Virus record (IMG/VR): IMGVR_UViG_3300022928_001147
Span: 17,495 to 81,494 of that record
Source of the DNA: a virus
Reading direction: 5' to 3' (one strand)
DNA length: 64,000 bases
The stretch's first letter is position 1, and each line of letters starts with the position of its first letter. The notes beneath the pieces are model-generated. The model saw only the letters and a list, made by a program, of their open reading frames with translations. It made no database searches and was not told the origin of the DNA. Of this stretch, positions 1 to 9,205 are shown piece after piece. A program made the translations under genes and the position numbers.

Positions 1-204
1 GCTTTAAAAATAAACTTTGTGCCATTTATGATAGGGTTTGTTCTTGGACCAAAGTTTGAAATTGTATTTCGTAGATCACTAGTACTAAATGATGGAAATT
101 TTAGCATTTTCGTTGATCGTCCAATATCATTAGCACTATTATGCATTTGTGTAATACTGGTGTTAATTGGCATAAATAAGTATATAAGAAACTTCAGGAG
201 TTAA
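1..204 (+). CDS. tctA: Tripartite tricarboxylate transporter permease TctA, C-terminal fragment (5' end outside window)
   Basis: Frame open from base 1; PFMIGFVLGPKFEIVFRRSLVLNDGNFSIFVDRPISLALL matches the TctA C-terminal pattern (GFxLGPxxE..RR.L...G...F..RPIS). Confidence 0.75.
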   Translation, partial: ALKINFVPFMIGFVLGPKFEIVFRRSLVLNDGNFSIFVDRPISLALLCICVILVLIGINKYIRNFRS

Positions 205-206
205 CA

Positions 207-1157
207 ATGAGTAAGAAACTTACATGGGTTATAGCACATGAACCATATCACCTTTTTATTAATGCAGCACAGCAATTTTCAGAAGAAATTTTTACTGAAA
301 CTAACGGAGAATACGAAATTGAAGTATTAGGGTTATCAGATTGGGCTGAACGTCGTGGTATAGATATCAGTGTACATTTTAAAGATCGCGAACGAGTTGT
401 GCAACTTGTAAACGATGGTACAATTGACATTGCTACAACTTATATCGAAACTCTAGGTAAGATTGAAAAAGATTTATATGTACTTGGCATGCCATTCTTG
501 TTTAATGACGACGATCATGCTACTGATGTTTTAGATGGTGTAATTGGTGAATCGTTATTATCAAAGTTAAGTGCTAAAAGTAATATTCAAGGTCTTGCGT
601 TTACATACTCAGGTGGTTTTAGAATTATGCCAGGTAGCCAAGCACTTGAAACTTTTGAAGATTTCTACAATTTGCCTGTAGCATGTAGTCACAGTCCGGT
701 GAGCTTTGATACATTTAAAGCAACAGGTGCTGATCCTAGGCCAATGGCTATTGATGCAGTTAAATCTGCTATTACTAACGGTGATGTGAAGGCAGGTTCT
801 ACTACATATGCTCGTTTCTTTGCAAGTGGTTACAACGATGTTGCTGAAGTAATTAACGATACACAACATAGTTTATTTTTAACTTCAATGATCACTAACT
901 CAAAACTATGGAACGAGATGAGTTCAAAGACTAGAGCAATTTTTAAACAGGCTGCACTAAGTGCTGCTAAGTTAGAACGTGAAGAAAGTGTACGTGACAA
1001 TACACGAGTTCAAGCAGAAGCTGCTAAGTCTGGAATTCCAACAATTATTATGCCAAGCAAGGAAAAGATTAAACTTGTTAATGCTACTAAATCAATTTAT
1101 GACAAGTATTATACTTACTTTAGTAGCGGCCTTTTATCAAGTATTGAACGACATTGA
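207..1157 (+). CDS. dctP: TRAP transporter substrate-binding protein, DctP family (no signal peptide)
   Basis: DctP motifs: TNGEYEIEV, GTIDIA, MPFLF, GGFR, TFKATGADPRPM, WNEMS...IFKQAA; RBS AGGAG just upstream. Confidence 0.85.
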   Translation: MSKKLTWVIAHEPYHLFINAAQQFSEEIFTETNGEYEIEVLGLSDWAERRGIDISVHFKDRERVVQLVNDGTIDIATTYIETLGKIEKDLYVLGMPFLFNDDDHATDVLDGVIGESLLSKLSAKSNIQGLAFTYSGGFRIMPGSQALETFEDFYNLPVACSHSPVSFDTFKATGADPRPMAIDAVKSAITNGDVKAGSTTYARFFASGYNDVAEVINDTQHSLFLTSMITNSKLWNEMSSKTRAIFKQAALSAAKLEREESVRDNTRVQAEAAKSGIPTIIMPSKEKIKLVNATKSIYDKYYTYFSSGLLSSIERH

Positions 1158-1170
1158 AAATTTAGACATT

Positions 1171-1198
1171 AAAAAAAGGCGCATTATGCGCCTTTTTT
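1171..1198. terminator. Bidirectional intrinsic terminator between convergent dctP and tctC
   Basis: aaaaaaaggcgca-tta-tgcgcctttttt: perfect inverted repeat with a U-tract on each strand. Confidence 0.9.
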
Positions 1199-1218
1199 AT
1201 TGAAGTTGATATAACTTC

Positions 1219-2190
1219 TTATTTTTTAGATCCGTACATTTCCATGTATGTCTTTTCCCAAGTTTTTCTATTAGCAATGTAATAAGTTCTCTGACCTTCT
1301 GGTCCGATAAATGCATTATCTAAATTCAAGAACACTTTATCTCTTGCTTGCTTGGCAGCTTCTGTTTTTACAGCTTTAGTTATGGCAGCAACATACCAAT
1401 CAACTGCTTCTTGCGGAGTACCTGCTTTTACGCTAATACCCATATCTACTGTCATAACAAAGTTTGGTATAACGCTAGACAATGTAGGAACATCTGGTAA
1501 GAATTCTAAACGTTCTGTTCCTGTAGTAGCTAAAAAGCGAACTTTTCCTGCCTGTTGTAAAGGAATAGCTGGACTTAGTCCACTAACAAATACGTCAGCC
1601 GAACCACCAACTACGTCAGTAAGTGCTGCGGCTGGGTTTTTGTATTTTACAAATTTAATGTTTGATCCATCTGAGCCTACGCTTTGTGCAAGCAAACGTA
1701 CAATTGCTTCTGAGTTAGGATACGTAGTAGCAATAACTACCTTTTCACCTGTTGCAATTGCATTTGCAAGATCATTAATTGTTTTAAATCGGCCAGCTTC
1801 AGAAACAGTTACAGCAGTAGTGCTGTGCGCAATGCCTGAAATGTATACAAAGTCTTTGTCCCAATCCCATTTTGCAATCTCTGGAGATGAAATATCTGAC
1901 AATACAAGACTTAAACTAGCAGTCAATGTAATGTTTTGTCCATCTGCTGGTAACGACAAGAAATGATTAGTTCCTTTAACACTAGCTGCGCCTGGTTTGT
2001 AATCAATAATAAAATCTACACCAGTTTGTTCTTCTAATGTTGGAAGAATTGTTTTGAAAGTAGTATCATGTAGGCTTCCAGCAGGTGCAGTAATAGTAAC
2101 TGTTACTGGTCCATTAGGTTCCCATGCATGTGCAGATGATGCAAATGCAGCAATTGCAAAGGATGCAATCAATCCGTATAGTTTACTCAT
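1219..2190 (-). CDS. tctC: Tripartite tricarboxylate transporter substrate-binding protein (TctC/Bug family)
   Basis: Signal peptide ending AHA-W; motifs PAGS.HD, YKPGA, PADG, ALTDVVGG..D, GKVRFLA, LPDVPTL, GTPQE; RBS AGGAG. Confidence 0.85.
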   Translation of the reverse strand: MSKLYGLIASFAIAAFASSAHAWEPNGPVTVTITAPAGSLHDTTFKTILPTLEEQTGVDFIIDYKPGAASVKGTNHFLSLPADGQNITLTASLSLVLSDISSPEIAKWDWDKDFVYISGIAHSTTAVTVSEAGRFKTINDLANAIATGEKVVIATTYPNSEAIVRLLAQSVGSDGSNIKFVKYKNPAAALTDVVGGSADVFVSGLSPAIPLQQAGKVRFLATTGTERLEFLPDVPTLSSVIPNFVMTVDMGISVKAGTPQEAVDWYVAAITKAVKTEAAKQARDKVFLNLDNAFIGPEGQRTYYIANRKTWEKTYMEMYGSKK

Positions 2191-2221
2191 TTATTTCTCC
2201 TATAGTTGTGTGAGTATGTAT

Positions 2222-2250
2222 ATATTAACACAGTTAACAATATTTGTCAA
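2222..2250 (-). promoter_or_regulatory. sigma70-type promoter for tctC
   Basis: TTGACA-17 nt-TAATAT with TG extension; the -35 contains the TGA stop of the upstream gene. Confidence 0.65.
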
Positions 2251-2960
2251 CCATGTTCGTCATCGTCTAGTACCCAATTGTGACCGTCTTGTGGATTTCC
2301 TTTAATAACAGGATAATTGTCCTTTGCTAACGGAACTTCAAACGGGGCAATTCGATCAAACACTTCTTGATCTGTTAAGTACGATGTCATGCAGATATGA
2401 TATCGATCATATCCGCTGCCGTTAATAGCAGTATGTGCAATACGAGTATCAATAAAATAGTTGTCACCTGTTAACGGTGTATGCAAACTGTGATTTACAT
2501 TATGTGCAGGAAACACCCACATATTCATTGTATTTGTAATAATAGGAAGATGGAACTTATAGTCAATGTCTCGATGTATTCGAAAACAATGTTTAGGTTT
2601 AAGTTTAAATATCCTTGTACGAATATACGGCACTGGAGATTCTTCTAACAGCTCTTCAAAGATTGTATTTTGAAACATGGGAGTTGTTTTTATAAAATCT
2701 GCTTCAATGCGAGGATTGTCAGTGCGATCTTTGTGTAAGCTCGGCGTTGGGCCGCACCCGCTGTGATATACATTCACATCTGGTTTATCAAAATCATCAG
2801 GATGCGCTTGTATAGCAAACTGATCTTGAAAGCCGATAGTAAACCATCCCGCTTCTTCAATTTGCGGAATCATAGCATCCATTGCTTCCTTTAAATGTTT
2901 AGGATTTTTTCCTGTACTAAATCGCTTTACATATTTTGTTATAGGTTCTTGCATTACCAT
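2247..2960 (-). CDS. Fe(II)/2-oxoglutarate oxygenase, aspartyl/asparaginyl beta-hydroxylase-like
   Basis: RTRIFKLKP...IHRD (HxD)...FHLPIITN...HTAING...RYH, the AspH-like cupin pattern. Confidence 0.7.
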   Translation of the reverse strand: MVMQEPITKYVKRFSTGKNPKHLKEAMDAMIPQIEEAGWFTIGFQDQFAIQAHPDDFDKPDVNVYHSGCGPTPSLHKDRTDNPRIEADFIKTTPMFQNTIFEELLEESPVPYIRTRIFKLKPKHCFRIHRDIDYKFHLPIITNTMNMWVFPAHNVNHSLHTPLTGDNYFIDTRIAHTAINGSGYDRYHICMTSYLTDQEVFDRIAPFEVPLAKDNYPVIKGNPQDGHNWVLDDDEHG

Positions 2961-3517
2961 ATATCCTTATTTGCACTTAGTTGAAATGCTGTTCTAACTC
3001 CTGTAACATTTTCAACGCCGTGTAGTATAAGTGTATTTAATGCTACCCACGTATTAGTAGGAAACTTTATGGTTTCAACTACGTCTAGATTACTAAAATC
3101 GTTTGCATGAACTTGACGACCTCTTACTAAATCTTTTCCATGTTCTTGGTACCATACTGTTTTAGCATCTTCGCCGCCTGGATCTAACAAGTACATTATA
3201 GCAATATCTCGTTTAATATCAGTGTGAGGTGCTAGGTACGGTCCACGGTCTCCGTCACAAAATCGAATACCACAATCAAATGCTTCAGGATGAATATTTT
3301 CATGGCACCAATTTGTAAAATCTTCATTAAGTGCTTGATAGTAATGAAACGTAAATCCTACTTGTTTTCCATCTTTAAGTACAACACGATCTTCGTATTT
3401 TTTGTGCAATCCGTGTAAGTCTACACCCCAAGATTTTTCTTGTATATGTTTGTTTGCTAGATCAAAAAATCTATCTGGTGGTGTTGGTAGGTCTTCTAAA
3501 ATTTTATAAATCCACAT
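2954..3517 (-). CDS. Putative Fe(II)/2OG-dependent oxygenase
   Basis: PHTD (HxD)...LHGVEN...R; start moved to ATG 3517, which overlaps the end of the upstream gene. Confidence 0.6.
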   Translation of the reverse strand: MWIYKILEDLPTPPDRFFDLANKHIQEKSWGVDLHGLHKKYEDRVVLKDGKQVGFTFHYYQALNEDFTNWCHENIHPEAFDCGIRFCDGDRGPYLAPHTDIKRDIAIMYLLDPGGEDAKTVWYQEHGKDLVRGRQVHANDFSNLDVVETIKFPTNTWVALNTLILHGVENVTGVRTAFQLSANKDIW

Positions 3518-4628
3518 TAATTTTCCTCTTGGGTATTTTGCTGTCTGCACTGCTTACACAACTATTTGTTATACAAGGCATTGGAGAATCAAATAGTTTA
3601 AACCCTGTTTCGATATTGCCAAGAGGAACATCATGACATGAATATGATCGCTTAACGCTGCCGTCCGGCTCTCGTATTATAATACCACTGTATCCAGCAT
3701 TACAACTCCAACCTTTAAAATTGTTAAAGTTGAACGCATTAAATCGTTCCGCTTGATCCATGTACCATTTTTCGCCTTTTGAGTCTTTTAACTCAACTTG
3801 CATATGCCACGGTACGCTAGCATCATTTTTTCCCATAATATCTTTAGGTACTTGAAATGTTGGCTTAGGCCTATCTGCCCACTTACGCTTACTTTCTGTG
3901 TACGCACGTTGTGGCATACCGTTATGCAAACGTTTTAAATTTTCTTCCGTGTAACCATCAACCACGCGGCTCGCAGTAGGATCTGATTGCGGCTTAAGAG
4001 TAACATTGATTCCTTGTTCGTGAAAGAACAATGCGTTTTCCCAGTCTCTTTCAAACCAGTCCGGAACCATAACCATATTAATCGTAACTTGTACATCGTG
4101 CTCCTGACAGAAGATTAACTTGTCTGCAAAGTCTTGCATCTTCTCACGTGTATTTAAATGTTCTGTATGTAGACTTGCTGTAATGCTTGCACGATGGAAT
4201 GGTTTAACTGCTTCTACGTATTCTTCAAACCAACTCATTGATCGACTACAGTTTGATGTCATATGAACACTTGTATAGTTAGTATTGTCAACATCATCAG
4301 CAAGATGTTTTAGTATGTCCAAGTATCCAGGATGGAAAGTAGGCTCTCCTCCCGACAAGGAGAAGTGGAAAGAGTTGAAGCCGTTGTCTCTGGCTTGACG
4401 TTTGATTTCATCCACTGTACGCAAGCAGAGCTCGGTAGGACGGTGGTCTTTACGATCGCTTCTCGCATATGGCCAACAGTAGGAGCAACGGTAGTTGCAG
4501 AATCTTCCAAGTAACCACGATACAGTAAAAAGATCGCGATAAAGCAGAGTACGTTGACCCACACTGACAATGTCATCAAAGGGAATCTTAGTAAAATCGT
4601 AGTTGCTCCATTTTAAATCTTCATTCAT
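3504..4628 (-). CDS. Radical SAM protein, class B (C-terminal SPASM/twitch-like domain)
   Basis: CNYRCSYC, SGGEPT; C-terminal WSCNAG...DGS...SC...PCITNSC. Confidence 0.9.
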   Translation of the reverse strand: MNEDLKWSNYDFTKIPFDDIVSVGQRTLLYRDLFTVSWLLGRFCNYRCSYCWPYARSDRKDHRPTELCLRTVDEIKRQARDNGFNSFHFSLSGGEPTFHPGYLDILKHLADDVDNTNYTSVHMTSNCSRSMSWFEEYVEAVKPFHRASITASLHTEHLNTREKMQDFADKLIFCQEHDVQVTINMVMVPDWFERDWENALFFHEQGINVTLKPQSDPTASRVVDGYTEENLKRLHNGMPQRAYTESKRKWADRPKPTFQVPKDIMGKNDASVPWHMQVELKDSKGEKWYMDQAERFNAFNFNNFKGWSCNAGYSGIIIREPDGSVKRSYSCHDVPLGNIETGFKLFDSPMPCITNSCVSSADSKIPKRKINVDL

Positions 4629-4633
4629 AACTT

Positions 4634-4662
4634 ATAATAACATCATTATTATTAATTGTCAA
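4634..4662 (-). promoter_or_regulatory. sigma70-type promoter, probably leaderless, for the rSAM gene starting at 4628
   Basis: TTGACA-17 nt-TATTAT with TG extension; ATG lies 5 nt after the -10; no SD sequence. Confidence 0.65.
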
Positions 4663-5324
4663 ATAATAATTCTTCGTTGTCCTATTTTGTCATAAGTGTT
4701 GCTAGTGTTAATTCCATCAGTGTGTAATGTGTGTGTGTCGTACAAGGGATATCCTATTCCTAACATTAACAGCAAATTGTATCTATTTAATTTATGTGCC
4801 TTAAGTACCTTTTTAGGAAATGCGTCTTCCCAAAAACACTTACAAAAACCAGACTTTAATCCTAAACTATTTGCAGCTATTGCTATTGCCCCTGCAGATA
4901 ATCCAACTTCTAAGGATGTTAGCACTCTATACGAACCTTTAGATAATGCGTTTCCATGATCTCTATAAAATTTAGTACTACTATCTCTATCTTCTTCTCT
5001 CATAAAAAATAAAAATAGTATATTAGAGTTAGTTTGAGGATTTTGCATTCTTCCTTGTTTTATAGCACTGCTGAGACTCTTAGATATTTGAGAAAGTTCA
5101 TCGTCACTATTCCGTGCTGCGTTAGCAAATTGTTGTATAACATCTCTATCTTTAATACATACAATATCAAAACTATTCAAGTTTTGTTTGGTAGGTGTAT
5201 TATAACCAACATCTATGAGCCAATTAATAGTTTCAAGATCTATTTCTTTAGAGAGGTCCCAATTGCGTTGACAACGCTGACTACTATTTACAGCAGATAA
5301 AAACTCATCCTGATCTAAACTCAT
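4659..5324 (-). CDS. Nitroreductase-family flavoprotein
   Basis: SQRCQRNW, TPTKQN, AIAANSLGLKSGFC, LMLGIGYP; RBS AGGAG. Confidence 0.75.
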   Translation of the reverse strand: MSLDQDEFLSAVNSSQRCQRNWDLSKEIDLETINWLIDVGYNTPTKQNLNSFDIVCIKDRDVIQQFANAARNSDDELSQISKSLSSAIKQGRMQNPQTNSNILFLFFMREEDRDSSTKFYRDHGNALSKGSYRVLTSLEVGLSAGAIAIAANSLGLKSGFCKCFWEDAFPKKVLKAHKLNRYNLLLMLGIGYPLYDTHTLHTDGINTSNTYDKIGQRRIII

Positions 5325-5334
5325 ATACTATCTC

Positions 5335-6099
5335 CTATTGTGTTTTACAATTAACCATTTTTAAATATATTTCCGCAAATGTAGCATGTGCAGATTTTCC
5401 GGGATGTAATAAGTCCCTTGCAGTTGCGTCGTTTACTACTGTTTTTTCTGTCTCTGTATCATTAAGATCTAGAACATACAATGGAATATTATTACTCTGA
5501 CATAAAAATTTAATAGCATCTAAATTTCTAAGTTTATTTATATATGCTTCTTCTCTAGTAAAGAATCCAGATATAATATCTCTATGAGAAAAAACGCTGC
5601 TATTAGCTTTAACTTGAGACCATTGTTTACAGTAATAAAGTTCTCGCCTATCACTAAGGGGAAGCAAAAGGAACACTCTTTTTATATTTGCAAAGTTAAT
5701 AAATCCTTTTAATACTCTATAACAAGTTTCGGGGCCGGCGCCTGGCACACCTAAGTTATAAAGTTTATAATCATTTAATTTTTTATTAACCAATGTCGGC
5801 CATATATCTTTATAATTAACTTCTTCGCCTAATGTATAACTACAGCCTATGTATGCATTACATTCATCACCTTTAACAAAATCTTTATTTGATCTATATC
5901 CAAAGTTATTAAGTTTGTATGTTATACTATCTTCTTGCCAGTCTTTCATCTCGTTAGGTCTAGAAAGTTTGTTTTCATTAAACAGCTCGCGCTGATTTTT
6001 AAATAAAAAGTTAACTTCTTTTTTATAAAATACAGAAGAAACTATTGTATTTTGTCTTAATAAATCGTAGTCAAATGTATGTTCGTTAGGTAATATCAT
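5335..6099 (-). CDS. SGNH/GDSL-like hydrolase or acyltransferase
   Basis: GCSYTLG (block I), NLGVPGAG (block II), DLLHPG (DxxH). Confidence 0.7.
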   Translation of the reverse strand: MILPNEHTFDYDLLRQNTIVSSVFYKKEVNFLFKNQRELFNENKLSRPNEMKDWQEDSITYKLNNFGYRSNKDFVKGDECNAYIGCSYTLGEEVNYKDIWPTLVNKKLNDYKLYNLGVPGAGPETCYRVLKGFINFANIKRVFLLLPLSDRRELYYCKQWSQVKANSSVFSHRDIISGFFTREEAYINKLRNLDAIKFLCQSNNIPLYVLDLNDTETEKTVVNDATARDLLHPGKSAHATFAEIYLKMVNCKTQ

Positions 6100-7160
6100 T
6101 TTATTTCCTGCAAATGCGGTATTAGTTCTTTTAATTGTTGATTTCGCATATTATCTAATTCATAAGTGTATTTGTAGAATTTATCTAATAGCAAAGGATC
6201 AAATTTAGTTTGTATTATCTTTGACAATCTACTATTTTTCATAATTTCTAGTACATAGTCTTTGGCAGATTCTGATAATATATTTATTGCTAGAAAACTA
6301 GGTCGGACAACTAAATTTGTACTCCAGGTGCAGTTGTGTTCATTAGCAAACTCTGTTAATTTATAATACTGGTGTATGTTATAATTTTGCAAAGTAGTGT
6401 GTAATACAATTTTATTACTAATATGTTTTTTAAAAATGTTTAAATTTTCTACAAAGGTTTCCCAACTAGAGTTTCTTATGTAAGTGTATACTTCTTCAAT
6501 TCCGTCAAAACTTAGCACAAGATTAAATTCTTTAAATTTACTAACTTTATTGATCCAACGGGGTATGCGAGTGCCGTTACTTACTACTTCTATTGAAATT
6601 TTATTAGCGTTGGGTAATTCAAGTAATTGCTCTATAAAATATTCTGTGCGAGGCATTATAAAAGGCTCGCCTCCTTTTAATTCTATAAAAAATTCTTTAT
6701 TGCTAGCACGAATAAAAGATAATATTTTTTCTATATCTTCTTTTGATAATTCATGCACTGCGGTTCTTGCTGTTTGAAAATGTATACCTTTAGCTGCTAG
6801 TATCTTTGCTTCAGGTATCCAGCTGGTACTGTTTCCAGGTGTACACATTCTACAATTTAGATTGCAGTGATTACCGCAGTTAATATCTAACCTAAATTGA
6901 TTAGAAGTTATCCATTCGTCATAACTGTCTCGGCGACTAGTACCGTTAGTTTCTTCGTGTGTTTTGCATAAAGAACAATTAGAATGCCACTGTGTTTGCA
7001 TAGTAGTTATAATATCTTTATGTTGTGCTAACTCAAACACATCTTCTAGTCTTTCTAGCTCGCTCACATGAATTAGTTTGTCTGCACTTTGACAACAGAT
7101 ACGAACAAACCCTTGCGGGTCTATTTGTATATTTTGTGTAAGTGCTTTACATGATATCAT
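6096..7160 (-). CDS. Radical SAM protein, class A (N-terminal twitch/SPASM-like domain)
   Basis: N-terminal C...RICC...CSLC; core CNLNCRMC, KGGEP, SNG. Confidence 0.9.
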   Translation of the reverse strand: MISCKALTQNIQIDPQGFVRICCQSADKLIHVSELERLEDVFELAQHKDIITTMQTQWHSNCSLCKTHEETNGTSRRDSYDEWITSNQFRLDINCGNHCNLNCRMCTPGNSTSWIPEAKILAAKGIHFQTARTAVHELSKEDIEKILSFIRASNKEFFIELKGGEPFIMPRTEYFIEQLLELPNANKISIEVVSNGTRIPRWINKVSKFKEFNLVLSFDGIEEVYTYIRNSSWETFVENLNIFKKHISNKIVLHTTLQNYNIHQYYKLTEFANEHNCTWSTNLVVRPSFLAINILSESAKDYVLEIMKNSRLSKIIQTKFDPLLLDKFYKYTYELDNMRNQQLKELIPHLQEIK

Positions 7161-8323
7161 TGTTTAAATATAGGAAATGTTGCAATTAAATTTTCATTGC
7201 GTGATTTGTCTAATGCAGTGTGATGCTGCCAAAACTTATCCCATAACTCCTTAGTGTATTCATCTTGTTTTACAAATGCTAGTATACTACTGATGCAACT
7301 GTAGTCATACTTATCTAACTTATTAACAACTTTATTTTTTAAATCTGTTGGAAGTACACTTGCACTTAGATGTTCTGGATAGCGAACAAATGTAATTTCA
7401 GTTTCAATGCCCATACTATCAAACCATTCTAATGCTTCAGGTATGTAATATACATTAGTGTTTTGTACTGTAATTTTAGCAACAATACGAATGTTAGGAT
7501 ATTTTTTAAGTTGTAATATATTGTCTTGTATTTGCTGCCATTTACTACCGCAGCGAATATAATCGTTTTGTTCCTTGTTCCCGTCAAGACTTACTGCAAG
7601 TTTTACTGCTTTAAATTTACTCCAGTAATCTAATACGTTATATTTTTTAAATTTTAACATGCTTAAATTAGTAGCATAACTTAAAAATATTTCGTCTGCT
7701 CTGTCAATTACTTTATCTAGAACCATATAATGTTTTTCGTCAAATAACGGCTCGCCACCTGCGAAATTTAATTCTAACACTTCAGTTAGATCAAGCCCTT
7801 CTATAAATGCATCTTCATAGCCTAAATAAGGTTTTTTAGTAAGACCGAGATTGACTATATGTTCTTGCCAGTCTATAGGTTGCAAGTCACTAATCTTGTC
7901 CCATTCTTTAAACCAACTGGTACTATCATGAACGCTGCACATACGGCAAGCAAAGTTGCACAAGTTGCTTAGTTTAAGTTCAAGCCATTTTACTCCTGTT
8001 GACAAACTGCCGTCTGGCGACATTATAGAAACTGCATGCTCATATTCGTCGAGCATTTTCTTACTTCGTTTGTTAAGATATTTTTGTCTTAAACTATCTA
8101 CCCCTGCATCTTCGTCTTTATAACATACTTCACAATGCTTATTTCTGATGCCGTTAACCATATCGAGCCGTACTTGTTTTATAGTATCACAATTCCAAGC
8201 CTCTGTTAATGACATAGAGTTAGTATTTCCGATTCTAGGAAGACTACGACAACACAGTTTTATACTGCCGTCAGTCTTAGTACTTTGATGTACAAACGGT
8301 GCAGGACAGATAGTTTTACTCAT
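7157..8323 (-). CDS. Radical SAM protein, class A
   Basis: CPAPF...KLCC...CEVC; core CNFACRMC, AGGEPL, TN. Confidence 0.9.
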   Translation of the reverse strand: MSKTICPAPFVHQSTKTDGSIKLCCRSLPRIGNTNSMSLTEAWNCDTIKQVRLDMVNGIRNKHCEVCYKDEDAGVDSLRQKYLNKRSKKMLDEYEHAVSIMSPDGSLSTGVKWLELKLSNLCNFACRMCSVHDSTSWFKEWDKISDLQPIDWQEHIVNLGLTKKPYLGYEDAFIEGLDLTEVLELNFAGGEPLFDEKHYMVLDKVIDRADEIFLSYATNLSMLKFKKYNVLDYWSKFKAVKLAVSLDGNKEQNDYIRCGSKWQQIQDNILQLKKYPNIRIVAKITVQNTNVYYIPEALEWFDSMGIETEITFVRYPEHLSASVLPTDLKNKVVNKLDKYDYSCISSILAFVKQDEYTKELWDKFWQHHTALDKSRNENLIATFPIFKQ

Positions 8324-8916
8324 GTGTTCTCCATATACAATTGCTTGTTTTTAGGACGCAAAGGATCATTCTCGTTCCATCTATCACTTACTCGTAATTT
8401 AAATGTTATTCCATAAGTTTTAGCTAATGCTTGTGCTGCTTCTATTTGATGTTCATTAAAACTAAAAGGTATAAATTGCCAAACAATATCTTTGCCTAAT
8501 ATTGCACCTAATTTCATTGCTGCCATACTGCTATCAAAGTCTATATTTTTTCTATACATATGTGCAGTATTTTTCAGGCCATCTACGCCAAATACAACTT
8601 TACCATGTGTATAACTATTATAAAATTCTTTCCACCAGTCTAATTTTTTACCACTTCCATTAGTTGCCATAATAAAAAATACATTTTGTGTGTCAAAGAA
8701 TTTTATTATATCAATCAACTTTGGATGATATATCGGATCTCCTAGATTGCCGCTTAACAATACTTTTTTATAATTACCAGACTGAATAACTGTTTTGATA
8801 ACATCAACAGGTAAATCAGTTATTTGTATATTGCCTTTAAGATCTGTGCGCGGACACTTAGGACATTCTAACAAACATCTACGTGTTAATTCAAAATGCA
8901 CTTTTTCACTATACAT
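8320..8916 (-). CDS. Radical SAM protein, class C, core only (no C-terminal SPASM)
   Basis: CLLECPKCPR, GNLGDPIYHP, TNG, DGL, WQFIPF.FNEHQ; start moved to ATG 8916, which overlaps the upstream stop. Confidence 0.85.
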   Translation of the reverse strand: MYSEKVHFELTRRCLLECPKCPRTDLKGNIQITDLPVDVIKTVIQSGNYKKVLLSGNLGDPIYHPKLIDIIKFFDTQNVFFIMATNGSGKKLDWWKEFYNSYTHGKVVFGVDGLKNTAHMYRKNIDFDSSMAAMKLGAILGKDIVWQFIPFSFNEHQIEAAQALAKTYGITFKLRVSDRWNENDPLRPKNKQLYMENT

Positions 8917-9205
8917 CTTCGACAACCTTTGTTAACGGATTCTTTAAATTATCTGCAATTGCTCCGCAATGTGTTTTACAAGTAGGTCCAGCAGATTCAG
9001 GATTAGCTATTAAATTGTCTATCCAGTTTTTTAAATGTACATTAACAATTTCATCATAGGGCGTTTTTGTTATATCAAATTTATCACATTCAAACTGTTG
9101 ATATTCGTTACGCTCAGGCCTATCACTGAGAAAACAACAAGGACGCACATGCCCTGTTGCAGTAATAAACTGATCTTTCCCTCTTGCACATTTAGGATAA
9201 ATCAT
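8909..9205 (-). CDS. Stand-alone SPASM/twitch-like Fe-S domain protein
   Basis: PKC...FITATGHVRPCCF...CKTHCG aligns with the C-termini of 21582..22619 and 22619..23683. Confidence 0.75.
   Translation of the reverse strand: MIYPKCARGKDQFITATGHVRPCCFLSDRPERNEYQQFECDKFDITKTPYDEIVNVHLKNWIDNLIANPESAGPTCKTHCGAIADNLKNPLTKVVEDV

Noticed and set aside
1352-1966. 204-aa plus-strand ORF, and similar antisense ORFs such as 37795..38343, 27937..28338 and 33876..34202
   Set aside because: They lie wholly opposite well-supported genes and have no motifs or RBS; shadow ORFs
4659-5324. SagB-type azoline dehydrogenase of a thiazole/oxazole pathway
   Set aside because: No YcaO or E1-like partner in the window; only a generic nitroreductase call is supportable
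8909-8925. Frameshift splitting one rSAM gene
   Set aside because: The SPASM part lies upstream of the core, opposite to its fused class C paralogs, and the junction has the operon's usual stop/ATG overlap
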